Positions 11,143-21,132 of a stretch of 64,000 bases of DNA are shown here, piece by piece. Source of the stretch: Gammaproteobacteria bacterium (GTDB lineage Bacteria > Pseudomonadota > Gammaproteobacteria > Competibacterales > Competibacteraceae). The stretch spans positions 116,229-180,228 of the forward strand of contig JAWKZG010000014.1 in assembly GCA_041396125.1 (NCBI GenBank), given 5' to 3'. The position numbers and the translations under genes were made by a program. Within the stretch, counting starts at the first letter, position 1. Each line of letters begins with the position of its first letter. The notes under the pieces are model-generated. The model was not told where the DNA came from. It made no database searches and saw only the letters and a list, made by a program, of their open reading frames with translations.

Positions 11143-12330
11143 ATGACTAAGCCACCGTTGCACGATATCCGCATTCTTGATTTAAGCCGTCTGGTTGCCG
11201 GCAATATGCTGACCCACAGCCTGGCTGATTTTGGCGCTGAGGTTATCAAGATTGAGCGCCCCGGCGTCGGTGATGATCTGCGTAACTGGCGTGTTGAAGG
11301 GGTTGCCACCCACTGGAAAGTATACGCCCGCAACAAAAAAAGCCTGAGTCTGGATCTGCGCCAGCCGCAAGGCCGCGATATTTTACTCAAGCTGGTCGAA
11401 TCGGCCCATGTTCTGGTCGAAAATTTTGTCCCTGGCACGCTGGAACGCTGGCAATTGGGGCCGGCCGAACTGCACGCGCGCAACCCCGGTCTGATCATTG
11501 CCCGCGTATCCGGCTGGGGGCAGACCGGGCCGTACCGCGAGAAACCCGGTTTTGGCAGTCTGGTCGAAGCGATGTCCGGTTTTGCCGCGATGACCGGCTT
11601 CCCGGACCGACCGCCGGTGCTGCCGCCACTGGCGCTGGCGGATATGATCGCAGGGCTGTCCGGGGCGATGGCGGTGCTGACCGCACTGCGGGCCTGTGAG
11701 TCTGGTGGTCAGGCAGGGCAGGTGATCGATTTATCCCTGTTCGAGCCGATTTTCTCGACCCTGGGGCCGCAGGCGTTGAACTATCAACTGACGGGTAAAG
11801 CCCCGCAACGCATGGGCAGTCGCACCGCTATTACGGCACCGCGTAATGTCTACGCCTGCAAGGACGGGCGTTATGTTGCCTTGTCCGCTTCCATGCAGGG
11901 CATGGCAGAGCGCTTGTTTCGCGCTATCGGTCGCGCTGAACTGATTGACGATCCGCGCTTTCGCAGTAATACCGACCGGGTCGCCAATAACGATGCCCTG
12001 GACGCCATTATTGCCGAGTTCATGGCAGCGCATACGCAGGAAGAATGTCTGGCTATTTTCAGTCAGGCCCAGGTGACCGTCGGGCCGGTTTGCGACATCG
12101 AGCAATTAATGGAACATCCTTATATAGAGGGCCGCGAGGTGCTGGTTAATGCGCCTGATCCCGAGCTGGGGTCGATCCCCATGCATAACGTCACCCCGCG
12201 GCTGAATGGTACACCCGGAAGCATCCGTTCACCCGCCCCGGAGCTGGGACAGCACAATGCGGAATTATTAGCGGAGCTGGGCTTCAGCAGCGCCGAGATT
12301 GAACAGCTGGCGCAGGACAAAATCATTTAA
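11143..12330 (+). CDS. CoA transferase family III (CaiB/BaiF)
   Basis: 395 aa; family III CoA-transferase N-terminal signature LSRLVAGNM...GAEVIKIERPG. Confidence 0.85.
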   Translation: MTKPPLHDIRILDLSRLVAGNMLTHSLADFGAEVIKIERPGVGDDLRNWRVEGVATHWKVYARNKKSLSLDLRQPQGRDILLKLVESAHVLVENFVPGTLERWQLGPAELHARNPGLIIARVSGWGQTGPYREKPGFGSLVEAMSGFAAMTGFPDRPPVLPPLALADMIAGLSGAMAVLTALRACESGGQAGQVIDLSLFEPIFSTLGPQALNYQLTGKAPQRMGSRTAITAPRNVYACKDGRYVALSASMQGMAERLFRAIGRAELIDDPRFRSNTDRVANNDALDAIIAEFMAAHTQEECLAIFSQAQVTVGPVCDIEQLMEHPYIEGREVLVNAPDPELGSIPMHNVTPRLNGTPGSIRSPAPELGQHNAELLAELGFSSAEIEQLAQDKII

Positions 12331-12450
12331 CAGATACCGGTAAAGTTTGCCGGGCCGCTGATACCCCAGGCAACCCGTCACTGGCACAATGCCGTATTGA
12401 AAAATTGATATACCATGAGCCCCAATGTTTCATGAACGAGGAGTACGACA

Positions 12451-14235
12451 ATGAAAATGACGACTGAGGAAGCCTTTGTTAAGGTCTTGCAAATGCATGG
12501 CATTGAGCATGCCTTTGGTATTATCGGCTCCGCGATGATGCCGGTATCCGATTTGTTTCCGCAAGCCGGTATCAGCTTCTGGGATTGCGCGCACGAAACC
12601 AATGCCGGGCTGATCTGTGACGGCTACACCCGCGCCACCGGCAAGATGGCCATGGCGATTGCCCAGAATGGCCCCGGTATCACGAATTTTGTCACTCCGA
12701 TCAAAACCGCGTACTGGAATCATACCCCGATGCTGCTGGTGACGCCGCAGGCAGCCAACAAAACCATTGGCCAGGGTGGCTTCCAGGAAGTGGAGCAGAT
12801 GGCGGTGTTTCGGGATATGGTCTGTTATCAGGAAGAAGTCCGCGATCCGTCCCGCATTGCCGAAGTGCTGAACCGGGTGATCGAGAAAGCCTGGCGCGGC
12901 TCGGCACCGGCCCAATGCAACGTGCCGCGGGATATGTGGACCCAGGTTATCGATATCGAACTGCCACAGATTGTGCGCCTGGAGCGCTCACCGGGTGGTG
13001 CAGAAAGTATCGCGCAGGCTGCCAAGCTGCTGTCAGAGGCAAAATTTCCGGTGATCCTGTCCGGTGCCGGCGTGGTGATCGGCGATGCGATCCCCGAGTG
13101 TGTGGCTCTGGCCGAGCGGCTGGATGCGCCGGTTTGTAGCGGTTATCAGCACAATGACAGTTTTCCCGGCTCGCATCCGCTGGCCTGTGGGCCGCTGGGC
13201 TATAACGGTTCCAAAGCGGCGATGGAGCTGATCGCCAAGGCGGATGTGGTATTGGCCCTGGGCACACGTCTCAATCCGTTTTCGACCCTGCCCGGTTATG
13301 GCATTGATTACTGGCCGAAAGAGGCCCGGATTATTCAGGTTGACCTCAATCCCGACCGGATTGGCCTGACCAAAAAGATTTCCGTAGGCATTTGCGGTGA
13401 TGCCAAAAAAGTTGCGCAACAATTACTCGAACAACTGGCTCCGAGTGCTGGCGATGCGGGGCGTGAGCAACGCAAAGCGCTGATTCATCAAACCAAATCA
13501 GCCTGGTTGCAGGCCTTGAGTTCAATGGATCATGAAGAAGATGATCCCGGCACGACCTGGAACGAGCGTGCCCGCAAGCGCGATGCCGACCGGATGAGTC
13601 CGCGTATGGCGTGGCGGGCTATTCAGGCAGGTCTGCCCAAAGACGCGATCATTTCCAGCGATATCGGTAATAACTGCGCCATCGGTAATGCCTATCCGAC
13701 CTTTGAAAAAGGCCGAAAATATCTCGCCCCCGGCCTGTTTGGGCCTTGCGGTTACGGCTTTCCGGCTATCATCGGTGCCAAAATCGGCTGTCCTGACGTG
13801 CCGGTGGTCGGCTTCGCCGGAGACGGCGCGTTCGGTATTTCCATGAACGAAATGACCTCCATCGGGCGCGAGGAATGGCCGGGCATCACCATGGTGGTCT
13901 TCCGCAATTATCAGTGGGGCGCGGAAAAGCGCAATACGACATTGTGGTATCAGGATAATTTCGTCGGCACCGAACTCAACCCGGAATTCAGCTATGCAAG
14001 GGTCGCTGAGGCTTGCGGTTTGCGCGGTGTCTCGGTTACCACCCAAACCGAACTCACCGAAGCCCTGCAGACAGCCTGCAAAGCGCAAAACGAGGGCGTG
14101 ACAACGTTTATTGAAGTTATCCTGAACCAGGAACTGGGCGAACCCTTCCGGCGCGATGCCATGAAAGCACCGGTAAAGGTTGCCGGCATTAACCGTGCCG
14201 ATATGCGCCCTCAACAAGGCGCGCAAACAGACTGA
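12451..14235 (+). CDS. xsc: Sulfoacetaldehyde acetyltransferase-like ThDP enzyme
   Basis: 594 aa; N-terminus MKMTTEEAFVKVLQMHGIEHAFGIIGSAMMP typical of Xsc; ThDP-binding GDGAF motif. Confidence 0.7.
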   Translation: MKMTTEEAFVKVLQMHGIEHAFGIIGSAMMPVSDLFPQAGISFWDCAHETNAGLICDGYTRATGKMAMAIAQNGPGITNFVTPIKTAYWNHTPMLLVTPQAANKTIGQGGFQEVEQMAVFRDMVCYQEEVRDPSRIAEVLNRVIEKAWRGSAPAQCNVPRDMWTQVIDIELPQIVRLERSPGGAESIAQAAKLLSEAKFPVILSGAGVVIGDAIPECVALAERLDAPVCSGYQHNDSFPGSHPLACGPLGYNGSKAAMELIAKADVVLALGTRLNPFSTLPGYGIDYWPKEARIIQVDLNPDRIGLTKKISVGICGDAKKVAQQLLEQLAPSAGDAGREQRKALIHQTKSAWLQALSSMDHEEDDPGTTWNERARKRDADRMSPRMAWRAIQAGLPKDAIISSDIGNNCAIGNAYPTFEKGRKYLAPGLFGPCGYGFPAIIGAKIGCPDVPVVGFAGDGAFGISMNEMTSIGREEWPGITMVVFRNYQWGAEKRNTTLWYQDNFVGTELNPEFSYARVAEACGLRGVSVTTQTELTEALQTACKAQNEGVTTFIEVILNQELGEPFRRDAMKAPVKVAGINRADMRPQQGAQTD

Positions 14236-14318
14236 TCATCTGTTATTGAGTACAGCCCGTTTAACGGGCTGTGCCAATAGTCTAAACGGTCGGCAATGCT
14301 GCACTTTAATTGTTTGTC

Positions 14319-14399
14319 ATTCCCGCGCAGGCGGGAATCCAGTGGCACTACACTCTTCACCATCATCTAAACTGTCGTCATTCCCGTGCAGGCAAGAGT
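14319..14399. repeat. Two dRS3-like inverted-repeat units (ATTCCCGCGCAGGCGGGAAT; second copy degenerate) separated by ~40 bp (NIME-like)
   Basis: Perfect ATTCCC-N8-GGGAAT palindrome at 14319-14338, related copy 14380-14399; related copies at ~26106, ~26600 and ~26824. Confidence 0.7.
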
Positions 14400-14537
14400 C
14401 CCGAGCGAAACGCTGGGATTACGCTTCGCTTCATCACCAGCCTACTTCATCCCGGTCTACGCGGGCTTTTTTAAGGTGTACATCGTAAAATGACGCTTAC
14501 TAAACTGGAAATGAATGAAAGGTTAAAACGGCTAATC

Positions 14538-15098
14538 TTAATCATTCAAATTTATTTTGGCTAACTGGAATGGGAGCAATTTCCTTTCATTATCTAGTGT
14601 CACAACCTCGAGTTCATGAAAGAGGCTGGCATTTAAATACTTGTAAGTCCATAGATAATTGAACTCGTGTTTTTCCGCCTCATATCTATCCGACACGATA
14701 ACTACTTTCAAAATCTTCGCCATACGGATTGCCATATAACAGAGCGCGCAAGGCTCTCCTGAAGCAATTAATGTTGCTCCTTTTAAAGAAAAGTCTTTTT
14801 CATTCTGTGACGCTTCTCTTATCGCCTGAATTTCAGCGTGTGCGGTACAATCCAGGTGCCTGGCGACTTGATTTACTCCTTTGCCAATAATCTCTCCATT
14901 CTGGTTAACGATAATAGCTGCAAACGGCAAACCACCTGCCTTGACATTGCTAATAGCCAAATCAAGAACGTTTTCTCCACATTTTATGAGAAGTTCATCA
15001 ATAATATGGTCACACATAGGCGATCTCATTGCTTGACGATAGAGCTGGGGTTGAAATACTAAGTTCTGCTGCAATACTTTCGGCTCGATTTTTTGCAT
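14538..15098 (-). CDS. Nucleoside deaminase (cytidine/deoxycytidylate deaminase fold; TadA/GuaD-like) with ~60-aa C-terminal extension
   Basis: CTAHAEIQAIREA (HAE) and ASGEPCALCYMAI (PCxxC) zinc-binding motifs; low-GC context. Confidence 0.75.
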   Translation of the reverse strand: MQKIEPKVLQQNLVFQPQLYRQAMRSPMCDHIIDELLIKCGENVLDLAISNVKAGGLPFAAIIVNQNGEIIGKGVNQVARHLDCTAHAEIQAIREASQNEKDFSLKGATLIASGEPCALCYMAIRMAKILKVVIVSDRYEAEKHEFNYLWTYKYLNASLFHELEVVTLDNERKLLPFQLAKINLND

Positions 15099-15440
15099 TG
15101 GCTACTGACATGCGATGTCTCTCGTCACCAAATTCTTGGTATTCAGAGGCAATCTCATACATTGTGTCCACCCCTAAATATTTACTCAGTGTCCGTAGGT
15201 GCGGTACCAAGTGACCAGAATCTTCTCGTATTGCGCCTTTTTCAAAACCAAACTCTCCGCTGGAGGTCACTATGATCAATGTCTTACCCGAGAGTATAGG
15301 CCGCAACGGGAAGTCCCCTCGTGAGAGATCAAAATCAAACGTTTTGTTTATACGTACAATTTGATCAAACCACGCTTTTAGCTGAGCCGGCATACCGTAG
15401 TTATACATAGAGGAATCAATATAACATTGGCCGTTGCCAT
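15010..15440 (-). pseudogene. FMN-dependent NADH-azoreductase (AzoR-like) C-terminal fragment
   Basis: MYNYGMPAQLKAWFDQIVR...LSGKTLIIVTSSG matches AzoR residues ~95-200; N-terminal ~90 aa missing/replaced. Confidence 0.6.
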
Positions 15441-15846
15441 CATAGCCATCAGTTGATCTGATAGTGCCAGCCCTCTTTCTGCGCCGGGGTTCTTTCTTCT
15501 GTGGGTAAACACCGCGCCAATCCAATCAGGTAATGAAATCCGGTGGATTTCACGCCAACATCACGATAGATATATCGAGTTTTTCAGGCCGATTCTGTTT
15601 CCATATGTGTCAACAAATCGGAGAGCGATATTTTTCGATATGGAATCGTGATCCGGGTTTGGGTTGTTCGCAGCTCTAACGCTTGAATCTATGTGTAATA
15701 ATGCTCATGTTCATTACCTTAGTTGATTAATGACAGGCGCTATTTTGTAAGTCTGTATAGAATAGTACAAACGAAAAAGTTACACTTACAGATGAATTTA
15801 AATCATCTATGCTATCGATGATTAGTGGTTAGTTTGGAGATTAAGT

Positions 15847-16268
15847 ATGCAGGTATCGTTACAGGCGCTGAAAGCCTTTGAGTCGGCTGCCCGTCAGGGA
15901 AGTTTTAAGTTGGCTGCAGAAGAACTTTCGCTGACGCCCACAGCCATTTCACACCACATTAGCAACCTGGAAAGTCGGTTAAATGTGAATTGTTTCATCG
16001 ACTGGGAAGGCGGATATCACTAACCGGAACAGGTATCAGATTAGCTAAAGCAACCGGACGGATTTCCGGAAAATCTGACAACGCTTTGGAAGAGGTGATG
16101 AAGGCTGGCAGTGCGGTCAGGGTGACGACGACATCATCATTAGCAGCTATGGTGCTAATCCCTTCCCAGCATGAATTTGAACAAGCTAACCCTGATATTT
16201 CTATGGAAATATCGACCGGCGAGTCGGTCGATAGCCAATCATATATCATTCCAATTCGGTCTTGGTGA
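15847..16268 (+). pseudogene. LysR-family transcriptional regulator, frameshifted and truncated
   Basis: HTH region MQVSLQALKAFESAARQGSFKLAAEELSLTPTAISHHISNLE then frame change near 15990; only ~140 aa total. Confidence 0.65.
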
Positions 16269-16844
16269 TGCCTTCAGTCGCTGAGGATTCTTGATGTCAT
16301 TAGATCTGAGTCATTCGAATGTATTTGGTGCTTATAATGACGTCTCCTTCTTGGCCTAATGAACCCATAACCTCTTTTACAACGGAGGAAAAATAAATCG
16401 TTACCGGATCCCTCCACTAGGCGCTTGGCTGGAAAAAATGGGCTGATGGGTCTAATATTAAACTCAAAATTTGGATCAAAGAGCGATCCAGCAGGCTATG
16501 GCAGGAAACGGACTTGTGTTCTGTTCCAGACGCTGACTAAAAGGCTGTTAAAATCTAACCTTCTACAACAATTTGAAACTCGATCAGTCTAATCAGACTT
16601 TTGCTATTACATACCAAATAAAGACAGCTTCGAAACTAGAAGTGCAGCCAGATTTATACATTGGATCGAAGATATTTTGAACCAATAATTCGTGCGGGCA
16701 CTTCTGGCTAACTGAGTATCCTCTAAAGCAAAATACCTGCATAACAAGTTGCAGCACACGGAAAAATTACTCGCTGCGCTCCCACTTCCAGAGCGTGGCA
16801 GAAACACCAACCGCTCGCAATGAGCGGCCTAGGGTGAATGTTTC

Positions 16845-17462
16845 GAGGACAGGCAGCTAGGAGTTATTAATCGGTGACAAGAGCTCAAGTCCATTAAGAG
16901 GCCCATTAAGCTCCATCAGACGTCCTGCAACAGCCAAAGAGCCGAGCGCAATTGGATGTAAGCCAAGTTCACCGATGAGTGTTTCTACAGTTGCCACTGC
17001 CGAGGGATCATCGCCCGCCAAAATAGAACACGTCTAACACTCGGCTCATGCGGTGCAAAGATTTTCAAAAGGCAGTGTGTTAAATGCCTTTACGGTGCGA
17101 GTGACGGTGCGAGCCTGGAAACAATCTCGCTACCCGAGTCGCCCTTTAAATCACCGACACGATAATCTGGTGCGTAGCTGAGAAATATATTGGTTGTGAT
17201 CACTAGAATATGTCCACCCCAATCCCTTTCCGGGTGAGCATCCGCACTTTAAGCCAAGGAACTGCAAGGAAAAACAATGTCACGTTTGCAGGCTTCGGTA
17301 ACTGACGCGGCGGTTAATCGATCATCTATATCCGCCAGTCGGTCTTGCAAACTTTCGCGCCCGCGGCTGTTAGCCACCAGCACTTCGGGGGCTGACGGCG
17401 ACGAACTGGGTCGCCAGTGTACGCCCAATTGTGGATGCGCCAATAATTCCAATCTTCATGGC
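16845..17462 (-). pseudogene. NAD(P)-binding oxidoreductase (NADPH-dependent F420 reductase-like) with frameshifts
   Basis: Minus-strand MKIGIIGASTIGRTLA Rossmann motif (17462 downward), frame changes to ...VLVANSRGRESLQDLA..., further fragment ~16845-17040. Confidence 0.5.
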
Positions 17463-17604
17463 ATATTCTCCAAAAAATCAATGATAGTAAGCGGGGATTT
17501 CAGGCTTTCGCTGAACGCCGCCCCTCCTTTTTGTCGGTGGGGCGGTTGCCTTCCATTTATGTTTCACGCAGACCAAAAACAGTGGTTTGCCTGGACGACA
17601 GCGA

Positions 17605-18354
17605 TCAGATTTGATTCATTCCGCCGTCGACAAACAGCTCAATCCCGTTGATAAAACTGGCGTCATCGGATGCGAGGAACAGCACGGCATTAGCAATGTC
17701 TCGGGGTTGACCGATACGGTTAGCAGGGATTTGTTCAATCAAAGCGTTCTTGATGCCCGCGGCCTGTTCACCGCCACCGAACAGATCGTCGAGGCCGGCA
17801 GTGTCAGTCAAACCAGGGCTGACAACATTGACACGGATATTCCGATCCTTGAGGTCCAGAATCCAACTACGGGCAAAGTTGCGCACAGCGGCTTTGGACG
17901 CAGAATAGACGCTGAAATTCGCAGTGCCCGCAGTGCCCGTGGTGGAAGATGTCAAAATGATTGAGGCACCGTCTCGCAGCAGTGGCAAAGCCTTTTGAAC
18001 CGTGAACAGCGTACCCTTCACATTGGCGTCGAACGTCTTCTGATAGTGCGCTTCGGTGATCGCGCCAAGGGGTAGCAGCTCGCCGCCACCGGCATTGGCG
18101 AACAGTACGTCGATTTGTGAATGACGTTGCTGAACAACATCGTAAAGCTGATCGAGATCTTCAAGATTGGCCGAATCACAGCGCACGCCGGTGACATCAC
18201 CACCGATCGCCTTTACCGCAGCGTCAAGCGATGCCTGGCGCCGTCCTGTAATAAACACTGATGCACCCTGGGAAGCGAACGCTTTAGCCGTGGCCAGACC
18301 TATACCGCTGGTGCCTCCGGTGACGATGACGACTTTGTTTTCAAAATTACTCAT
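17605..18354 (-). CDS. SDR-family oxidoreductase
   Basis: TGGTSGIG cofactor motif, YSASK catalytic motif. Confidence 0.9.
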   Translation of the reverse strand: MSNFENKVVIVTGGTSGIGLATAKAFASQGASVFITGRRQASLDAAVKAIGGDVTGVRCDSANLEDLDQLYDVVQQRHSQIDVLFANAGGGELLPLGAITEAHYQKTFDANVKGTLFTVQKALPLLRDGASIILTSSTTGTAGTANFSVYSASKAAVRNFARSWILDLKDRNIRVNVVSPGLTDTAGLDDLFGGGEQAAGIKNALIEQIPANRIGQPRDIANAVLFLASDDASFINGIELFVDGGMNQI

Positions 18355-18445
18355 GGCCTATCTCCTGATTGTTGGGCAAGACCGCCTTGCCACGTAAGAT
18401 CAGCTTACATTTGGAACAAAAAGTGTTGTAGTAGGCAAAAATGGT

Positions 18446-19396
18446 GTGAAGCGTTCTATAATTAGAACGATGAAAACGGATTTAAATGATTTTGCTTATT
18501 TTGCTGAGGTCGTAACTCATGGTGGGTTTGCGGCAGCTTCGCGTGCCCTGAAAGAACCCAAATCCAAGTTGAGCCGGCGCGTTGCCCGGCTTGAGGAGCG
18601 CCTGGGGCTTCGACTCATTGAGCGTTCCAGTCGTCGTTTTCGCGTGACCGACGTCGGGCGCTTGTTCTTTGAGCGCTGCAAGGCCATTCAATTGGAAGCA
18701 GAGCAGGCAGAAGCCCTGGTGGCAGAGGCGCAGTCTGAACCGCATGGGCGTATTCGCTTCAGTTGTCCCACCGGTATGATTGAAGTCATCTCAGATTTGG
18801 TGCAAAGCTATTTGCACCGATACCCCAAAGTGCGTTTGCAATTGCTGGCGACCGACAGGCCGGTCGATCTCATCGAGGAGCGAATTGATTTGGCGTTACG
18901 GGTTCGCGTCGCGTTGACCAGTGATGCTGAATTAACAATGCGCAGCCTTGGTAGATCAACGCGTATCCTGGTTGCGAGACCGGAGCTGGCAAATCAATTG
19001 CGCACCCCTGAGCAATTAGCGCAACGCTCAATATTGGCAACGAATGACATAGATAGTGAAACTGAGTGGACCCTTGAGAGCCAAGATGGAAAAACCATGA
19101 CATTACGTCATGAAGCTCGATTCGGTTGTGGTGACATGACCGCTGTGCGTGACGCAGCAATGGCTGGATTGGGTGTGGCGCTTTTGCCTTATCATGTATG
19201 CCGGAAGTCCATGAGTGAGGGACAACTCACTCGGGTGTTGCCGGAATGGCGTGGGCAGCAAGGCCTCGTGCATCTTGTTTTTACCACTCGGCGCGGCTTA
19301 CCACCATCGGTGCGAGCTCTGATTGACCTTCTTGCTGCGAGATTTCCAGACGATATTTTGGATGCTCCCGAAGCAGAAAGCCATAGTGCCGTATAG
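18446..19396 (+). CDS. LysR-family transcriptional regulator (divergent from SDR gene)
   Basis: HTH LNDFAYFAEVVTHGGFAAASRAL; LysR substrate-binding domain; start probably M at 18473. Confidence 0.85.
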   Translation: MKRSIIRTMKTDLNDFAYFAEVVTHGGFAAASRALKEPKSKLSRRVARLEERLGLRLIERSSRRFRVTDVGRLFFERCKAIQLEAEQAEALVAEAQSEPHGRIRFSCPTGMIEVISDLVQSYLHRYPKVRLQLLATDRPVDLIEERIDLALRVRVALTSDAELTMRSLGRSTRILVARPELANQLRTPEQLAQRSILATNDIDSETEWTLESQDGKTMTLRHEARFGCGDMTAVRDAAMAGLGVALLPYHVCRKSMSEGQLTRVLPEWRGQQGLVHLVFTTRRGLPPSVRALIDLLAARFPDDILDAPEAESHSAV

Positions 19397-19499
19397 CGTG
19401 GAAACCAATCGTAATACGCATGTGTTTTGTACATTATCGTACAACCAGCCCTTTCAAGGTGAAAAAATACAACATTAAAACAATAGCTTGCAACATTAC

Positions 19500-19808
19500 T
19501 TATAACCTGACTAGTTTGACTAGCAGCTTCCCAAACAATCAGAATATTGGTATATCAAGCAGTTACGATGGCGCAATTTGAGTCATCTTGAAAGTGCTGC
19601 TGATGTAACTCACAGGTATCATCGTTTCCCGAGTTTTCTGTAAATCCGATATCTGGGAAGAAGGATTTTGCAATAGAGAAGCCTTTGCCGCTTGGAACGA
19701 ATGGCTTCAGGCTGGTTAGTTTCATGATGGTTTACTTTTTTTTGCTGACATCTGATTTTAATGTAATCGTCCTGATACGAATCCGTTAACGATACCTGAT
19801 CGAGTGAT
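19500..19808 (-). pseudogene. Highly degraded integron-integrase (intI) 5' remnant
   Basis: Minus-strand translation TNKSPKSLDQV... parallels MNKLPILLDQV... of the intI at 58091; nucleotide similarity to 57990-58091 continues; start codon mutated (ACG). Confidence 0.4.
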
Positions 19809-19839
19809 TTGGGTGACTTATTCGTCCGGAAAATTTTAG

Positions 19840-19960
19840 GTACGTATAAAATTTATGTGAATTTTATCTTTCTGAATTTTATTGCTTTTATTGCTTTTAT
19901 TGCTGGGTGTTGACATTAGAAATTATGGGGGTCTATTTTGGCGTCTGTCTAAATTTAGTT
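19840..19960 (+). promoter_or_regulatory. attI-like region A with Pc-like promoter (TTGACA 19910-19915, TATTTT 19934-19939) ending at G|TT crossover (19958)
   Basis: ~80% identical to 58093-58217 next to intI; identity ends exactly after GTT as expected for attI x attC junction; contains 3x tandem TTATTGCT. Confidence 0.6.
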
Positions 19961-20042
19961 CGTCGCCATCAGAGAAAATCAGTAAGGTGACAAATTTAGG
20001 GTTTTCATCTCATACGCATGGGACCATAGCCGCGACTGGGTA

Positions 20043-21122
20043 TTGGCTCTTGCAGAGCGGCTTCGCAATGATGGAATCGACATTGTGCTCGATCAATGGG
20101 AAACGGTTCCCGGCGATATGCTGCCCAAGTTCATGGAATCCGCAGTTCGTGAAAGCGACTACGTGCTTGTTGTCTGCACTCCTTCGTATAAGAAGAAATC
20201 GGATGATCGAACAGGTGGAGTCGGCTACGAAGGGGACATCATGACCGCAGAGGTCTTCGCTCTCGAAAAGCGAGCGAAGTTTATCCCACTCCTCCGCGAA
20301 GGTGACTGGCGAGCGGCGTCACCGAGTTGGCTGCTGGGAGCCTATTATCTCGACCTGCGAGGGGAGCAATACTCAAGTGACACTTATGGCGAATTGCTTG
20401 ACCTTTTGCTGGGGCGTCGCAAGAAGGCGCCTGACCTGGGGACGTCTCGACCATCCTGGGCTGAGCTAAGTCCGATTGAAATCGTGCAAATTCCCCTCTC
20501 TAGCGAACTCCCTCAATTCTCCAAGGACGGATGGCTTACGCTTATAGCTCACGCATTGGCTAAGACGTTTAGTGACCAGCCAACCACGCGATTCGTCGGA
20601 CTGCTATCGCAACGGATCGTCGAACGAGATGGCAACGAGTTCACGGTGGTATCTATGACTGCACCGTTTTCCAGATTCCTGAAAAGCTATAAACTCTCAA
20701 TCTCGTCGCTGATGGAGGCTTCGCTAAGGCGGGACAGACCGGCAATGGAGGAACAGAAGGCAGACCTTGCTGATACGCTTTCGAAGTGGCGATACCGAGT
20801 AGAAGTGGGATGCGGCGAATCCTGGACGGCAAATCAGTTTGTTGTGGATGCTGAAACGAAGCTCATCGAAGTCACACCTGCCACTCTGGATACAAAGCAA
20901 AAGAAATTTTGGCGACCAAAGTCGACCAGCGAAGTTCTTGCTTTGATTGCGCATCTGAGTAATCCAATTGTTCAAATGAACATTGATGGTCTGTTAGAAG
21001 ATCCGAGGTTGACTGATTTGGTGAAAGACCTTTTAGATCATAAATACGTCAATATGGATCGCCTCCATGTGGCTTTGTCAAATCCTGAACAGTGGGAGTA
21101 CTCTGGTGATGAGGACGTTTAG
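20043..21122 (+). CDS. TIR domain protein with ~230-aa uncharacterised C-terminal domain (cassette A1)
   Basis: In-frame FRVFISYAWDHSRDWVLALAERLRNDGIDIVLDQWE...DYVLVVCTPSY fits TIR alphaA-betaB pattern; TIR homology extends upstream to ~19995 without canonical start (TAA at 19983; listed start is TTG). Confidence 0.65.
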   Translation: MALAERLRNDGIDIVLDQWETVPGDMLPKFMESAVRESDYVLVVCTPSYKKKSDDRTGGVGYEGDIMTAEVFALEKRAKFIPLLREGDWRAASPSWLLGAYYLDLRGEQYSSDTYGELLDLLLGRRKKAPDLGTSRPSWAELSPIEIVQIPLSSELPQFSKDGWLTLIAHALAKTFSDQPTTRFVGLLSQRIVERDGNEFTVVSMTAPFSRFLKSYKLSISSLMEASLRRDRPAMEEQKADLADTLSKWRYRVEVGCGESWTANQFVVDAETKLIEVTPATLDTKQKKFWRPKSTSEVLALIAHLSNPIVQMNIDGLLEDPRLTDLVKDLLDHKYVNMDRLHVALSNPEQWEYSGDEDV

Positions 21123-21132
21123 AGAAATGAGT

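Noticed and set aside
19882-20244. 120-aa ORF beginning MLLLLLLLG spanning attI-A and the TIR gene start
   Set aside because: Alternative frame over the attI tandem repeat and the TIR N-terminus; TIR homology is in the other frame.
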